Position numbers and translations under genes: made by a program. Under the pieces are notes generated by a model. That model saw nothing but the letters and a program-made list of their open reading frames with translations. It was not told the origin of the DNA and ran no database searches. Positions 1 through 10,769 of a stretch of DNA of 64,000 bases are shown here, one piece after another. How positions within the stretch are numbered: position 1 is the first letter of the stretch; every line of letters starts with the position of its first letter. Origin of the DNA: an uncultured Alphaproteobacteria bacterium (GTDB lineage Bacteria; Pseudomonadota; Alphaproteobacteria; Caulobacterales; Caulobacteraceae); NCBI GenBank assembly GCA_963761065.1, contig CAVXFP010000007.1, forward strand, positions 13,209 through 77,208, written 5' to 3'.

Positions 1-61
1 CGCAGGCGAGCAGCTGGTCCTTGTCGAACCGGCTGAGCATCGAAACGGGAGAAGACTTCAT
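1..61 (-). CDS. hypothetical protein, 5' end only (gene runs off the left edge)
   Basis: Minus-strand ATG at 59-61 opens MKSSPVSMLSRFDKDQLLAC... to the window edge. No family recognised. Confidence 0.2.
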   Translation of the reverse strand, partial: MKSSPVSMLSRFDKDQLLAC

Positions 62-124
62 ATCATCAGGCAAATGGGGGCCTCCGCTTGGCGGCGAACG
101 GGTAGCACGCCCCTTGTGGGCCGC

Positions 125-616
125 TCAACGACATTGCGCCCGTTCGTCGGTTCCCCAAAGCGCCGAGGCCTGGGCCCAGCCGGAGGCGCCGGGCAGGCTC
201 AGCTTGCACCAGCCGGCCTTGCAGCGCCCCAGGTCGGCCAGGGCATACGGGGCGAGATAGGCCGTGATTTGCGCGTTGGACCGGGGTCCGCGCCTCATCG
301 GCAGGGGCTTTTGCGCGAGATTCAGCGCCGTTCGCGCGCCCGAGACGCCGGTGCCCTTCACCCAGCCCAGGCGGCCCTGGGGATCGCACACCCGCCGCCA
401 ATCGCGCGTCTCGGCCACCACCTGCACCGGCAGGCCCTTGGCGCGATAGGTCCACAGCGGCCGATAGTCGTCGCCGGGTCCCGCGCGAGCGTTCACCGTG
501 TCGAATTTCAAGGAGAGATAGCGCGGCACCGGAAAGCCGGAGGGGCCCTGGCGCGGCGCCGATACGGCGAGGCCGGTCGAGACCACAGCCGCGCCGAACG
601 CGACGGCCAGCGTCAT
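125..616 (-). CDS. secreted bacterial SH3-like (DUF1058-type) protein
   Basis: Part of track ORF 125..766(-). The internal Met [21 protein letters not shown] looks like a signal peptide. [30 protein letters not shown]...[14 protein letters not shown] is the typical SH3b/DUF1058 pattern. The start could also be 646. Confidence 0.7.
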   Translation of the reverse strand: MTLAVAFGAAVVSTGLAVSAPRQGPSGFPVPRYLSLKFDTVNARAGPGDDYRPLWTYRAKGLPVQVVAETRDWRRVCDPQGRLGWVKGTGVSGARTALNLAQKPLPMRRGPRSNAQITAYLAPYALADLGRCKAGWCKLSLPGASGWAQASALWGTDERAQCR

Positions 617-764
617 GGCGCCTTTGCGCGCGCGCGATACGGTCATCGATCCAGGTCCAGCTCGCAAAACCCTTGGCGGCGAGCGACCATTCCGCCAAGA
701 AGTTAAGGCCGTGTCAGCGACGGCCAAGACGACGATGACCAGCCACGCAGCCGAGGAGCGGTTC

Positions 765-2724
765 ATGAGCCAGTCCGACGTGATTCCCGTACCCCCCGCC
801 TGGGCCGACCGCGCCCTGATGACCGCCGCCGGCTACGACGAGGCCTGCCGCCGCGTGCGGGAGACGCCCGACGCCTACTGGCTTTCGCTTGCCCAGCGGC
901 TGGAGTGGATCACCCCGCCGACCAAGGCCGGGGACGTCTCGTTCCACAAGGCGGACTTCCACATCCGCTGGTTCGAGGACGGGGTGCTGAACGTCACCCA
1001 AAGCTGCCTGGACCGCCACCTGCCCTCCCGCGCCAACGACGTCGCCTTCATCTGGGAGGGCGACGAGCCGGGCGAATCTCGCACGATCACCTACGGCGAG
1101 CTGCACGCCGAGGTGTGCCGCATGGCCAATGTGCTGAAGGCGAACGGCGTCAAGCGGGGCGACCGCGTCACCATCTACATGCCGATGATCCCCGAGACCC
1201 CCATGGCCATGCTGGCCTGCGCGCGGATCGGGGCGGTGCATTCGGTGGTGTTCGCCGGCTTTTCGGCCGAGGCCCTGGCTGGGCGGATCATCGACTGCGA
1301 CTCCCGCTTCGTGATCACCGCCGACGAGGGTCTGCGCGGCGGCAAGCGGGTGCGGCTGAAGCACAATGTCGACGAGGCGCTGAAGGATTGTCCGGCGGTG
1401 GACAAGGTGCTGGTGGTCCAGCGCACCTTCGTGGAGACCGACATGGTCGCCGGCCGCGACCTGCTGTGGGCCGAGGCGCGGGAGAAGGTCTCCGCCGACT
1501 GCCCGCCCGAGCCCATGGGCGCGGAGGACCCGCTGTTCATCCTCTACACCTCCGGATCGACCGGAAAGCCCAAGGGGGTGCTGCACACCACCGGCGGCTA
1601 TCTGACCTGGGCGTCGTGGACGCATCAGACGGTGTTCGATTACCGGCCGGGAGAAATCTACTGGTGCGCGGCGGACGTGGGCTGGGTCACCGGCCACAGC
1701 TACATCGTCTATGGCCCGCTTTCGAACGGCGCGACCTCGGTGATGTACGAGGGCGTGCCGACCCACCCGACCTCGTCCCGCTATTGGGAGATCGTGGACA
1801 AGCACAAGGTGGAGATCCTCTACACCGCCCCCACCGGCATCCGCGCCCTGATGCGCGAGGGCGACGCGCCGGTGACGAAGACCTCGCGAAAGAGCCTGCG
1901 CCTGCTCGGCACGGTGGGCGAGCCGATCAATCCGGAGGCCTGGCTGTGGTACCACCGGGTGGTGGGCGACGGCCGCTGCCCCATCGTGGACACCTGGTGG
2001 CAGACCGAGACCGGCGGGATCATGATCACCCCCCTGCCCGGCGCGACGGCGCTGAAGCCCGGCTCGGCCACCAGGCCCCTGCCGGGAATCGCACCGCTGA
2101 TCGTGGACGAGCAAGGCAAGCCGCTGGAGGGCGCGATCTCGGGCAACCTGTGCCTGGCCGGCTCCTGGCCCGGCCAGATGCGCACGGTCTATGGCGACCA
2201 CGAGCGGTTCTTCCAGACCTACTTCGCCACCTATCCGGGCCTGTATTTCACCGGCGACGGCTGCCGGCGCGACGAGGACGGCTACTACTGGATCACCGGA
2301 AGAGTCGACGATGTGCTCAACGTCTCGGGGCACCGGCTGGGCACGGCGGAGATCGAAGTCCGCCCTGGTGGCCCACAAGGACGTGGCCGAGGCCGCGGTG
2401 GTGGGCTTCCCCCACGACCTGAAGGGCCAGGGCATCTACGCCTACGTCACGCTGAACGTCGGGGTGGAGCCCTCCGAGCACCTGCGCCGCGAGCTGGCCT
2501 ACTGGGTGCGAAAGGAGATCGGCGGCATCGCCGCGCCGGACGTGCTGCAGTGGGCGCCGGGCCTGCCCAAGACCCGCTCGGGCAAGATCATGCGCCGGAT
2601 CCTGCGCAAGATCGCCGAGAACGACATGGGCAACCTCGGCGACGTCTCCACCCTGGCCGATCCCGGGGTGGTGGACGACCTGGTCAAGCGCCGCGCGGAG
2701 CACCTGGCGGAAGAGAAGCGGTAG
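765..2724 (+). pseudogene. acs: acetyl-CoA synthetase, one frame change near 2350-2360
   Basis: [18 protein letters not shown]... through [12 protein letters not shown] (AMP-binding motif) lies in track ORF 615..2837. After [10 protein letters not shown] the homologous C-terminus ([29 protein letters not shown]...[13 protein letters not shown]) continues in ORF 2191..2724. Confidence 0.9.
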
Positions 2725-2727
2725 GCC

Positions 2728-3321
2728 TCAGGCGAAGTCCCGCGCCAGTTCGGCGCGCACTTCGGGGCCCAGCGCCGCCAGATGCGCGTACTGGGGATGG
2801 TCGCAGCCGACCATCGCCTGGACCGCCGGGTCCTTGAACGCCGCCTTCTGGGCCGGGGTTAAGGGGAAGCGGACGAAGTGCACGGAGGAGGCCTTGCCCG
2901 CCTCGTTGGTGCGCTCGATGTCGCCCTCCGGAACGCCGGCGGCGCGCTCCGAGCCGACCTGCAGGAAGAACCGGTCCTCCACCCCGCCCAGCTTGCCGAG
3001 CACGGCGTCGCGGCGGGCGGGGTTGTCGATCTCGAACATGATGGTGGCCACCAGTTCGGAGCCTTGCGGGATCAGCGGATTGTAGGCGGCCAGCTCGTCC
3101 TTCAGCTGCTCGGCGCCGCCCTTTTCGGTGAGCAGCATCTCCTGGATCTGGAACAGCATGGTCTCGAAGCACTCGAAATAGACCGTGCAGTCGGGGCCCA
3201 GCGACACGCGCCGCTTCTGCTTGAGCGGCAACAGGGCCGCGCGGCGCGCCTTTCGCTCGGCGGCGAACTGGGCGTCCGGAATGATGTCGGCGGCGGTGAC
3301 CTGGCGAAGGGCGGCGGGCAT
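2728..3321 (-). CDS. DUF3501 family protein
   Basis: Intact 197-aa [24 protein letters not shown]...[25 protein letters not shown] matches my recollection of DUF3501. It lies 10 bp downstream of the Fe-S protein gene. Confidence 0.7.
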   Translation of the reverse strand: MPAALRQVTAADIIPDAQFAAERKARRAALLPLKQKRRVSLGPDCTVYFECFETMLFQIQEMLLTEKGGAEQLKDELAAYNPLIPQGSELVATIMFEIDNPARRDAVLGKLGGVEDRFFLQVGSERAAGVPEGDIERTNEAGKASSVHFVRFPLTPAQKAAFKDPAVQAMVGCDHPQYAHLAALGPEVRAELARDFA

Positions 3322-3331
3322 GGCGTCGATC

Positions 3332-4705
3332 CTAGAGCCCGTAGGCGCGGGCGACGAGTTCGATGGGGTGGGCCTGGCGCGGCGGCTGGGCGCCGTCCTT
3401 GAGCTCCGCCTGCAGCAGCTGGCCCAGGTGCTTGCAGGCGAGCGGGCAATCCGAGCAGAGGTTGGCGTTGTCGGCCTTGGCGACCTGGCGCGCGGCGGGC
3501 TTGCCCACCTTCACCGCCAGCGGCCGCGTCTTCTTCATCACCCCGAAGGTGCCGCCGTGGCCCGAGCAGCGCTCGACCAGATCGACCTTGGCGTCCGGGA
3601 TCATCCGCAACAGCTCGGCGGACTTGGCGCCCATGTTCTGGGCCCGGGCGTGGCAGGCGTGGTGGACGGTGACCCCGCCTTCCAGCGGCGACAGACCGGG
3701 CGCGAGGCCGTGCTCCTTGGCGAGGCCGACGACATATTCGCTGATGTCGCGCGTGGCGGCGGCCAGGGTCTTCACCGGCTCGCTCTCGGGCAGGATCAGC
3801 GGCCATTCGAACTTCATCATCAGGCCGCAGGACGCGGTGAGCGCCACCACGTCCCAGCCGTCCGCGATCAGGGGCGCGAACACCGCAGACACCCGCTCGG
3901 CGCGATGGGCCACCTCGGCCAGATCGCCGGCCTCCAGCTGGGGCATGCCGCAGCAGACCGGATAGACCAGCTTGGTCTCGACCCCCTGCTTGGCCAGCAC
4001 GTTCAGGGCGTCCACCGCCGTGCCGGGCGCGTTGTAGTCCACGAAGCAGGTGGCGTAGATCGCCGCCTTCCTGCCGAACGCCGGGCCCGTGGGATCGGGC
4101 GGCGGCGGGGTGCGCTCCAGGTCCGTGGCGGTCTTGGAGTGGTACTTGGGAAGCTCGGCCTCGCGGTCGATGCCGGCGATGGATTCCATGGCCCCGCGGG
4201 TCAGGGCGTTGTCCAGCGAGGTGGCCCAGTTGGCGATGCCCGCCACCGGTTTGGCGAGCTTGCCGTTGCGGTCGGTCTCGCCCAGCTGCTCGCGCACGAA
4301 CTCGATCTCGCCGCGCCGGCGCTTGGCCGCCCGGCGGCGCAGGATCAGGTGCGGGAAGTCCAGGTTGAACGGGTGCGGCGGCACGTACGGACACTTGGTC
4401 ATGAAGCACATGTCGCAGAGCGTGCAGGCCTCTTCGACCGTGTCGAACGCGGCCTTGTCCACGCTGTCGAGCTCGCCCGTCGGGCTCTCGTCGATCATGT
4501 CGAACAGGCGCGGGAAGGAGTCGCAGAGGTTAAAGCAGCGCCGGCAGCCGTGGCAGATGTCGAACACCCGCTCGGTCTCCGCCTCGATGGCGGCCGGGTC
4601 GTAGAAGTCCTCGGATCGCCAGTCCAAGGGATGGCGGACGGGCGCGCCCAGCCCGCCTTCGCGAGAGGCGTCGGCGCCTTTGGTCGGTCCGGTGTCGCTG
4701 CTCAT
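3332..4705 (-). CDS. HdrD/GlpC-like (Fe-S)-binding protein with CCG domains
   Basis: Track ORF 3332..4804(-), likely starting at Met34 (MSSDTGPTKG). Two ferredoxin-type cysteine clusters (CHGCRRCFNLC, CTLCDMCFMTKCPY) plus CCG-type motifs (PVCCGMPQ, CSGHGGTFG). Confidence 0.8.
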   Translation of the reverse strand: MSSDTGPTKGADASREGGLGAPVRHPLDWRSEDFYDPAAIEAETERVFDICHGCRRCFNLCDSFPRLFDMIDESPTGELDSVDKAAFDTVEEACTLCDMCFMTKCPYVPPHPFNLDFPHLILRRRAAKRRRGEIEFVREQLGETDRNGKLAKPVAGIANWATSLDNALTRGAMESIAGIDREAELPKYHSKTATDLERTPPPPDPTGPAFGRKAAIYATCFVDYNAPGTAVDALNVLAKQGVETKLVYPVCCGMPQLEAGDLAEVAHRAERVSAVFAPLIADGWDVVALTASCGLMMKFEWPLILPESEPVKTLAAATRDISEYVVGLAKEHGLAPGLSPLEGGVTVHHACHARAQNMGAKSAELLRMIPDAKVDLVERCSGHGGTFGVMKKTRPLAVKVGKPAARQVAKADNANLCSDCPLACKHLGQLLQAELKDGAQPPRQAHPIELVARAYGL

Positions 4706-4869
4706 TGGATATCCCGAGCTCGGGGCGTGGCATTCGCGCCCCGCGTCCTTCGAGACGCGCCCTTGCGGGCGCTCCTCAGGATGACGCGAGAAAGCGGCCC
4801 GCAAAGACCTTCGTCATGGTGAGGAGCGGCGCGTGAGCGCCGCGCCTCGAACCACGCAATGAAACGCCG

Positions 4870-5283
4870 TTATTGACCGAGGGTGTCCAGCGCCCGCTGG
4901 AAGCGGCCGGCGTGGGACTTCTCGGCCTTGGCCAGGGTTTCGAACCAGTCGGCGATCTCGTCATAGCCCTCGTCGCGGGCGGTGCGGGCCATGCCGGGGT
5001 ACATGTCGGTGTACTCGTGGGTCTCGCCGGCGATGGCGGCCTTCAGGTTCGCGCCGGTCTCGCCGATGGGCAGGCCCGTGGCCGGGTCCACATCCATGAA
5101 GTCCAGGTGGCCGTGAGCATGGCCGGTTTCGCCTTCCGCGGTGGAGCGGAACACGGCGGCGACGTCGTTGTAGCCTTCCACGTCGGCCTTCTGGGCGAAG
5201 TAGAGGTAGCGCCGGTTCGCCTGGCTCTCGCCGGCGAAGGCTTCCTTCAGATTGTCGAGGGTCTTGCTGGCGCCGAAGCTCAT
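4870..5283 (-). CDS. rubrerythrin family protein
   Basis: 137-aa C-terminal part of track ORF 4870..6264(-), from MSFGASKTLDNLKEAFAGESQANRRYLYFA. Di-iron ExxH-type motifs (EGETGHAHGH, GETHEYTDMY). The ATG is at 5281-5283. Confidence 0.85.
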   Translation of the reverse strand: MSFGASKTLDNLKEAFAGESQANRRYLYFAQKADVEGYNDVAAVFRSTAEGETGHAHGHLDFMDVDPATGLPIGETGANLKAAIAGETHEYTDMYPGMARTARDEGYDEIADWFETLAKAEKSHAGRFQRALDTLGQ

Positions 5284-5429
5284 GGGGGCCTCCTGGGTGA
5301 CGGTGAATGTCGGGCGGAAAGCATAGCTTCCCGTAAGGCGCGAAGTCTTGCGCAAGCGCAAGGACGCGTCCAATCGAATGATCAGATGGCGACGATAGAG
5401 CCGGTCGATGAAGGGCGCGCGAAGGCGTC

Positions 5430-7286
5430 CTATTCGGCCGCGACCATCCGCTCGGCCGCGGCGCGCTCCAACCGTTCGAGCAGGGCCGCGTGCTGGGCCC
5501 ACAGCTCCTTGGGCAGGCGGTCGCCGAACTTCTGATAGTCCTGGGCGATCAGGGCCGCCTCCTCGCGCCAGATGTCCGGATCGACCGCCAGCAGAAGCTC
5601 GATCTGCTCGTCGGTGAGGTCCAGGCCCGCGATGTCCAGCGCGCCCTTGGCCGGCACGCGGCCGATGGGCGTGTCCTCGGCCCCCGCCTCGCTCTCCAGC
5701 CGCTGGACGATCCACTTCAGCACGCGGCTGTTCTCGCCGAAGCCCGGCCAGACGAACTTTCCGCGCGCGTCCTTGCGGAACCAGTTCACGAAGAAGATGC
5801 GCGGCAGCTTCTTGGGATCGGTCCGCTCGGCCATCGACAGCCAGTGGCCGAAATAGTCGCCCATGTTGTAGCCGCAGAAGGGCAGCATGGCGAAAGGATC
5901 GCGGCGCAGCTGGCCGATGGCGTTTTCCGCCGCCGCCGTGCCTTCGGACGCGACGTTGGAGGCCAGGAACACCCCGTGCGCCCAGTCGTAGGCCTCGATG
6001 GCCAGCGGCACGGCGCTCGCGCGACGACCGCCGAACAGAATGGCGGAGATCGGCACGCCCTTGGGGTCTTCCCACTCCGGCGCGATGATCGGGCACTGGC
6101 CGGCGGGGGCGGTGAAGCGCGAGTTGGGGTGGGCCGCGGGGGCGTCCGCGCCCGGCGTCCACGCGCCGCCGCGCCAGTCGGTGAGCTGCGCCGGCGTCTC
6201 CTCGGTCAGGCCCTCCCACCAGACGTCCCCGTCCGGCGTGAGCGCCACGTTGGTGAACACGCAATTGGCCTGCAGCGCGGCGATGGCGTTGCGGTTGGTG
6301 CCCTCGCCCGTGCCCGGCGCGACGCCGAAGAAGCCGGCTTCGGGGTTGATGGCGTAAAGCCGCCCGTCCTCGCCGAAGCGCATCCAGCAGATGTCGTCGC
6401 CGATGGTCTCGGCCTTCCAGCCCTCAAGCGTGGGCTGCAGCATGGCGAGGTTGGTCTTGCCGCAGGCGCTGACGGGAAGGCCGCGGCGACGTAGTGCACC
6501 TGGCCCTCCGGCGAGGTGAGCTTGAGGATCAGCATGTGCTCGGCCAGCCAGCCCTCGTCGCGGGCCATCACCGAGGCGATCCGCAGGGCGTAGCACTTCT
6601 TGCCCAGCAGCGCGTTGCCGCCATAGCCCGAGCCGTACGACCAGATCTCCCGCGTCTCGGGGAACTGGACGATGTACTTGTTCTCGTTGCAGGGCCACGG
6701 AACGTCCTTCTGGCCCGGCTCCAGCGGCGCGCCCACCGAGTGGACCGCCGGCACGAAGAAGCCGTCCTCGCCCATGGCCTCGAGCGCCGCGGTTCCCATG
6801 CGGGTCATCACCTTCATGGAGATGACCACATAGGCGCTGTCGGTGATCTCCACGCCCAGCGCGGAGATCGGCGAGCCGATCGGGCCCATGGAGAAGGGCA
6901 CCACGTACATGGTGCGCCCGCGCATGCAGCCCTTGAACAGGCCCGTTCAGGGTGCCGCGCATCTCGGCCGGGGCGATCCAGTTATTGGTGGGGCCGGCGT
7001 CGTCTTCCCGCTCCGAGCAGATGAAGGTGCGCCCCTCGACCCGCGCCACGTCCTTGGGGTCGGAGGCGGCGTAGAAGGAGTTGGGCCGCTTGTCGGGATT
7101 GAGCCGGACCAGCGAGCCGGCCGCGACCAGCTCGTCGGTGAGCCGGTTCCATTCCTCGTCCGATCCGTCGCACCAGTGGACGCGATCGGGCTGGGTGAGT
7201 TCGGCGATCTGGCTGACCCACTCAACCAAGCGTTTGTGCTTGGTCGGCGCGGGCAGGACTCCCGGAATAGCGGACGCGGCGGTCAA
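5430..7286 (-). pseudogene. pckG: phosphoenolpyruvate carboxykinase (GTP), two compensating frame changes (~6940 and ~6480)
   Basis: N- and C-terminal thirds lie in ORF 5430..7286(-). The middle ([19 protein letters not shown]...[10 protein letters not shown]) is in ORF 6206..6925(-). The kinase P-loop [12 protein letters not shown] spans the second junction. Confidence 0.9.
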
Positions 7287-7520
7287 CGAGCGTTCTCCCT
7301 GGCGGACTACGGTCGATCTGGAGCGCTTCGGATATGGTCGGCCGGCGTTGATCTCGCCAAACCCGCGCTTGATTGGCCGCGAAAAAATCAGGCCGGAGCC
7401 TTCGCGTCAACTTCATGAATGATTTCGTGGCGCTGAATCCCTTCGCCGCACGGTCCTGCGCCGTCTATTTGACACCGCCGGCGGCGGATCGCGATAGTCC
7501 GCGCGCTCAGGGGGTTTTGA

Positions 7521-8721
7521 ATGGCGGCGACGTCCGGCCCGGTCTTCAGGCGGCGGGTCTTCTATATCGCGGGCTTCGATCCGGCGAGCCCGCGCAAGTA
7601 CCACGGCGTCTTCACCGTCGAGTCCGCCAAGCAGGCCGCCCTGACCGGCGCGCGCATCCAGGTCGGGCCGCTGGAGGAGCGCGACGAGCTGGTCTGGGGC
7701 TGGACCGTGCGGGCCGAACGCGACGGCCGGACCGTCGAGGTCGACTACCAGTGCCTGAGATGGAACGACGTGGTGCGGCGGCTGTGGCCCCAGGAGGGGC
7801 CGGCGTTCTTCGTCGGCGTCTGGCGCGCCTTGTTCGCCTATTGGCGGCGGGGGGTGCTGGCCCTGCCGGCTAGGCTGGTGATGATCACGGCCCTGGCGCC
7901 GGTGGTGGTGATGACCGCCTTCGTGCTGCTCTACGCGGCGGCGATCGCGGGGCTCGTGCGTACTGGGCGCGGACCTCGCGGGCCGGGCGGGTTGGCCCTG
8001 GCAGGTCGGCGCCTTCGCCCCGCTGTTGCTCTGGCTGGCCGTGGTTCCGGTGTGGCTGCGGGTGGACAAGCTGATCCCGGTGGGCTGGCTCGGGCGCGGG
8101 ATGATCTGCGTCTCCGGCGCCGAGCGGGCCCTGCACGCCGAGATCGAGGGCCGGCTCGAGGCCTTCGCCCGCCGCCTCGTCGAGACCGCGAGCGAGCCGG
8201 AGTGGGACGACGTCCTGCTGGTGGGCCACAGCATGGGCTGCCAGCTGGCGGCGCGGACGATCGGTCAGGCGCTGAAGATGGACCCGGACTTCGGCAAGGC
8301 CGGCCCGCCGGTGAGCCTGCTGACGCTCGGCCAGCTCATCCCGCTCTACAGCCTGATGACCGACGACCCGACCTACCGCGAGGAGTTCCGGACGGCGGCC
8401 GCGGCGGACTGGATCGACTGGATCGACATCACCGGCCCGTCCGATCCCGGATCGGTCTGCGATGTGCACCCTCTGACCGGGCTGGGGTTCGAGCCGCCGG
8501 CGGGACGGCCCGTGCGGCGCAATCCGCACTTCCACACGGTGCTGAGCGCCGCGACCTATCGCAAGCTGCGCCGCGCGCCGCTGGCCTTCCACTTCCAGTA
8601 TCTGATGGCGACCGAGGTGGCCGGCGGCTATGACTATTTCGAGATGACCACGGGCCCCAACCGTCTTTCCAAGTCCGCCGGAGCGGGCCGCGAGCCTGCG
8701 CGCCGATCGGGGGAGGCGAGG
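7521..8721 (+). pseudogene. membrane-associated alpha/beta-hydrolase-like protein (GHSMG elbow). One frame change near 7960-8030; no stop before the P450
   Basis: ORF 7521..8633 (MAATSGPVFRRRVFYIAGFDPASP..., hydrophobic segment) continues in ORF 8026..9657 (LLWLAVVPVWL..., LLVGHSMGCQLAA). The family is not recognised. The 3' end is undefined because the frame stays open into the next gene. Confidence 0.5.
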
Positions 8722-10135
8722 GTGACGAAGTTCATTCCGCCGCGCCCGGCGGTGCTGTCCCAGAAGGCCAATTTTCTCCAGAACCTGACCCATGGGCTGC
8801 GGTCGGGCCTCGGCATGTTCCGCGAGGGCAGCTACGAGACGGTCAAGGTCGGCCGCCATCCGGTGCCTACCCTGCCGTTCGGCAAGCCGCGCCAGCTCTA
8901 CACCGTGCGCACGCCAGAGCTTGTCCGCGAGGTGCTGGTCCGGCGCTGGGAGGACTTCCCCAAGTCCAGCCTGATGGACGACATGCTCCGCGCGCTGACG
9001 GGCTATTCGATCTTCATCTCCAACGGCGAGGACTGGAAGCGCCACCGCCGGCTGATGGACCCCGCCTTCGAGGGCGCGCGGATCAAGGGCATCTTCCCGA
9101 TGATGCTGGAGGCGGTGGACGCCTGCATGGAGCGCCTGGCCGCCCATTGCGACGGCCCGAACGCCGCCGAGCCCCTGGCCATCGACGTGGAGATGACCCA
9201 CTACGCGGCCGACATCATCTTCCGCACCATCTATTCGGAGCCCATGGACGGGGCGAGCGCGCGGCGGTTCTTCGCGGCGTTCGAGGTGTTCCAGGAGATC
9301 GCCTACGCCCACGGCATGCTGAAGCTCGGCAAGGTGCCCACCTGGATCCTGCCCAGCCACTGGCGGGCCGAAGCGCGCCGCCAAGGTGATCCGCGAGATC
9401 CTTGGCGCGCCCCTGAAGCGCCGCGTGGAGGCCGTGCGGCGCGGCGAGGCCACGCCCCAGAACGACATCCTCGCCACCTTGATGACCACCGTCGATCCGG
9501 TCACCGGCACGCGCTTCGACGACGGCGAGCTGCTCGACCAGATCGCCATGCTGTTCCTGGCCGGGCACGAGACCTCCGCCGACGGCGCTGGCCTGGTCGC
9601 TCTATCTGCTCGCCAACTGCCCGCACATCCAGGACCGCGCCCACGAGGAGGCGGTGAAGGTCTACGGCGATCGCGCGCCCGTCTTCGGCGACATGAAGAA
9701 GCTGGAGCGCACCCGCGACGTGTTCCGTGAGGCGCTGCGGCTGTATCCGCCGGTGGCCTTCTACGCCCGCGACGCGGCCAAGCGGGAACAGTTCTCCAAG
9801 ATGAAGATCGTCGAGCCCGGCTCGGTGGTGTTCGTCTCGCCCTGGCTGATGCAGCGGCACAGCGAACACTGGGACGACCCGCACGCCTTCGATCCCGACC
9901 GGTTCGACACCCCCGGCGGCCAGGAGGCGCTGAAATGCGCCTATCTGCCGTTCAGCATGGGGCCGCGCGTCTGCGCGGGGGCGTCGTTTGCGCTTCAGGA
10001 GGCGACCCTGCTGCTTGAGCGAGGCCGGTGCGGCGCTTCCGGTTCCGCCCCGTGCCCGGCCACACGCCCGACCCGGTGGCGCGGCTTACCTTGCGATCGG
10101 CGAACGGCATTCCCCTGTACGTGGAGCGTCGCTGA
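8722..10135 (+). pseudogene. cytochrome P450, at least 3 frame changes
   Basis: GTG at 8722 is preceded by GGGGAGG. The pieces lie in ORFs 8026..9657, 9386..9730 and 9654..10676. The heme-binding loop FSMGPRVCAGASFA is present, and AGHETSA is the I-helix-like motif. The C-terminus ...IPLYVERR plus TGA (10133-10135) is in a fourth frame. Confidence 0.85.
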
Positions 10136-10166
10136 CCGGCCCGCCGCCGGCGTGGTAGGAAGGGCC

Positions 10167-10769
10167 ATGGCCCTGAAGCTCGATCCCGGACAGCGGCTGG
10201 TGGCCGCCACCCACAATCCCGGCAAGGCCAAGGAGCTGGCCGCCCTGATGGACGGCTGCTTCGACGTGGTCTCCGCCTGCGCGCTGGGCCTGGCCGAGCC
10301 GGAGGAGACCGAAGACCACCTTCGCCGGCAACGCCCTGATCAAGGCCCGCGCGGCGGCCGAGGCCTGCGGCCTGGTCGCCCTGGCCGACAACTCCGGCCT
10401 GTGCGTGGCGGCGCTGGACGGCGCGCCGGGGGTGCATTCGGCGCGCTGGGCCGGGCCGGGCAGGGACTTCGCCCTGGCCATGTCCAAGGTCGAGGACGCG
10501 GCTCGCCGAAGTCGGGGCGGAGGACGCCTCGGCCTGGTTCGTCTGCGCCCTCGCCGTCGCCTGGCCCGACGGGCCGGCCGTGGTCGTGGAGGGGCGCGTG
10601 GACGGCGCCCTGTCGTTTCCCCCGCGCGGAACCCGGGGCTTCGGCTACGACCCGATCTTCGTCGCGGCGGGCATGAGCCGAGACCTTCGGCGAACTGGAC
10701 CCGGCCGAGAAGGACGCGATCAGCCACCGCGCCCGCGCCTTCGCCAAGCTGAAGGCCGCGCTGTTTTGA
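10167..10769 (+). pseudogene. rdgB: non-canonical purine NTP pyrophosphatase RdgB/HAM1, 3 frame changes
   Basis: MALKLDPGQRLVAATHNPGKAKEL (ORF 9654..10676). This is followed by [11 protein letters not shown]...[21 protein letters not shown] (frame of ORF 10405..10752), then [15 protein letters not shown] (ORF 10580..11092), then [20 protein letters not shown]...ALF plus TGA. Confidence 0.85.

Noticed and set aside
714-2435. Long ORFs antisense to, or overlapping, well-supported genes. Examples: 714..2435(-) opposite acs, 25401..26870(-) opposite rho, 45846..47624(-) across ftsK/ubiH, 54722..56077(-) opposite the adhesin, 33159..34286(-) opposite parAB.
   Set aside because: Their products are Arg/Ala/Gly/Pro-rich with no recognisable motifs. 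Such stop-free alternative frames are expected in very GC-rich DNA. In each case the opposite or other frame carries unmistakable homology.
5430-7286. Programmed ribosomal frameshifting or another recoding mechanism as the explanation for the frame changes (pckG and others).
   Set aside because: The shifts occur in dozens of unrelated genes, in both directions, without slippery heptamers or downstream pseudoknots. One occurs in a tRNA gene. Sequence error is far more parsimonious.
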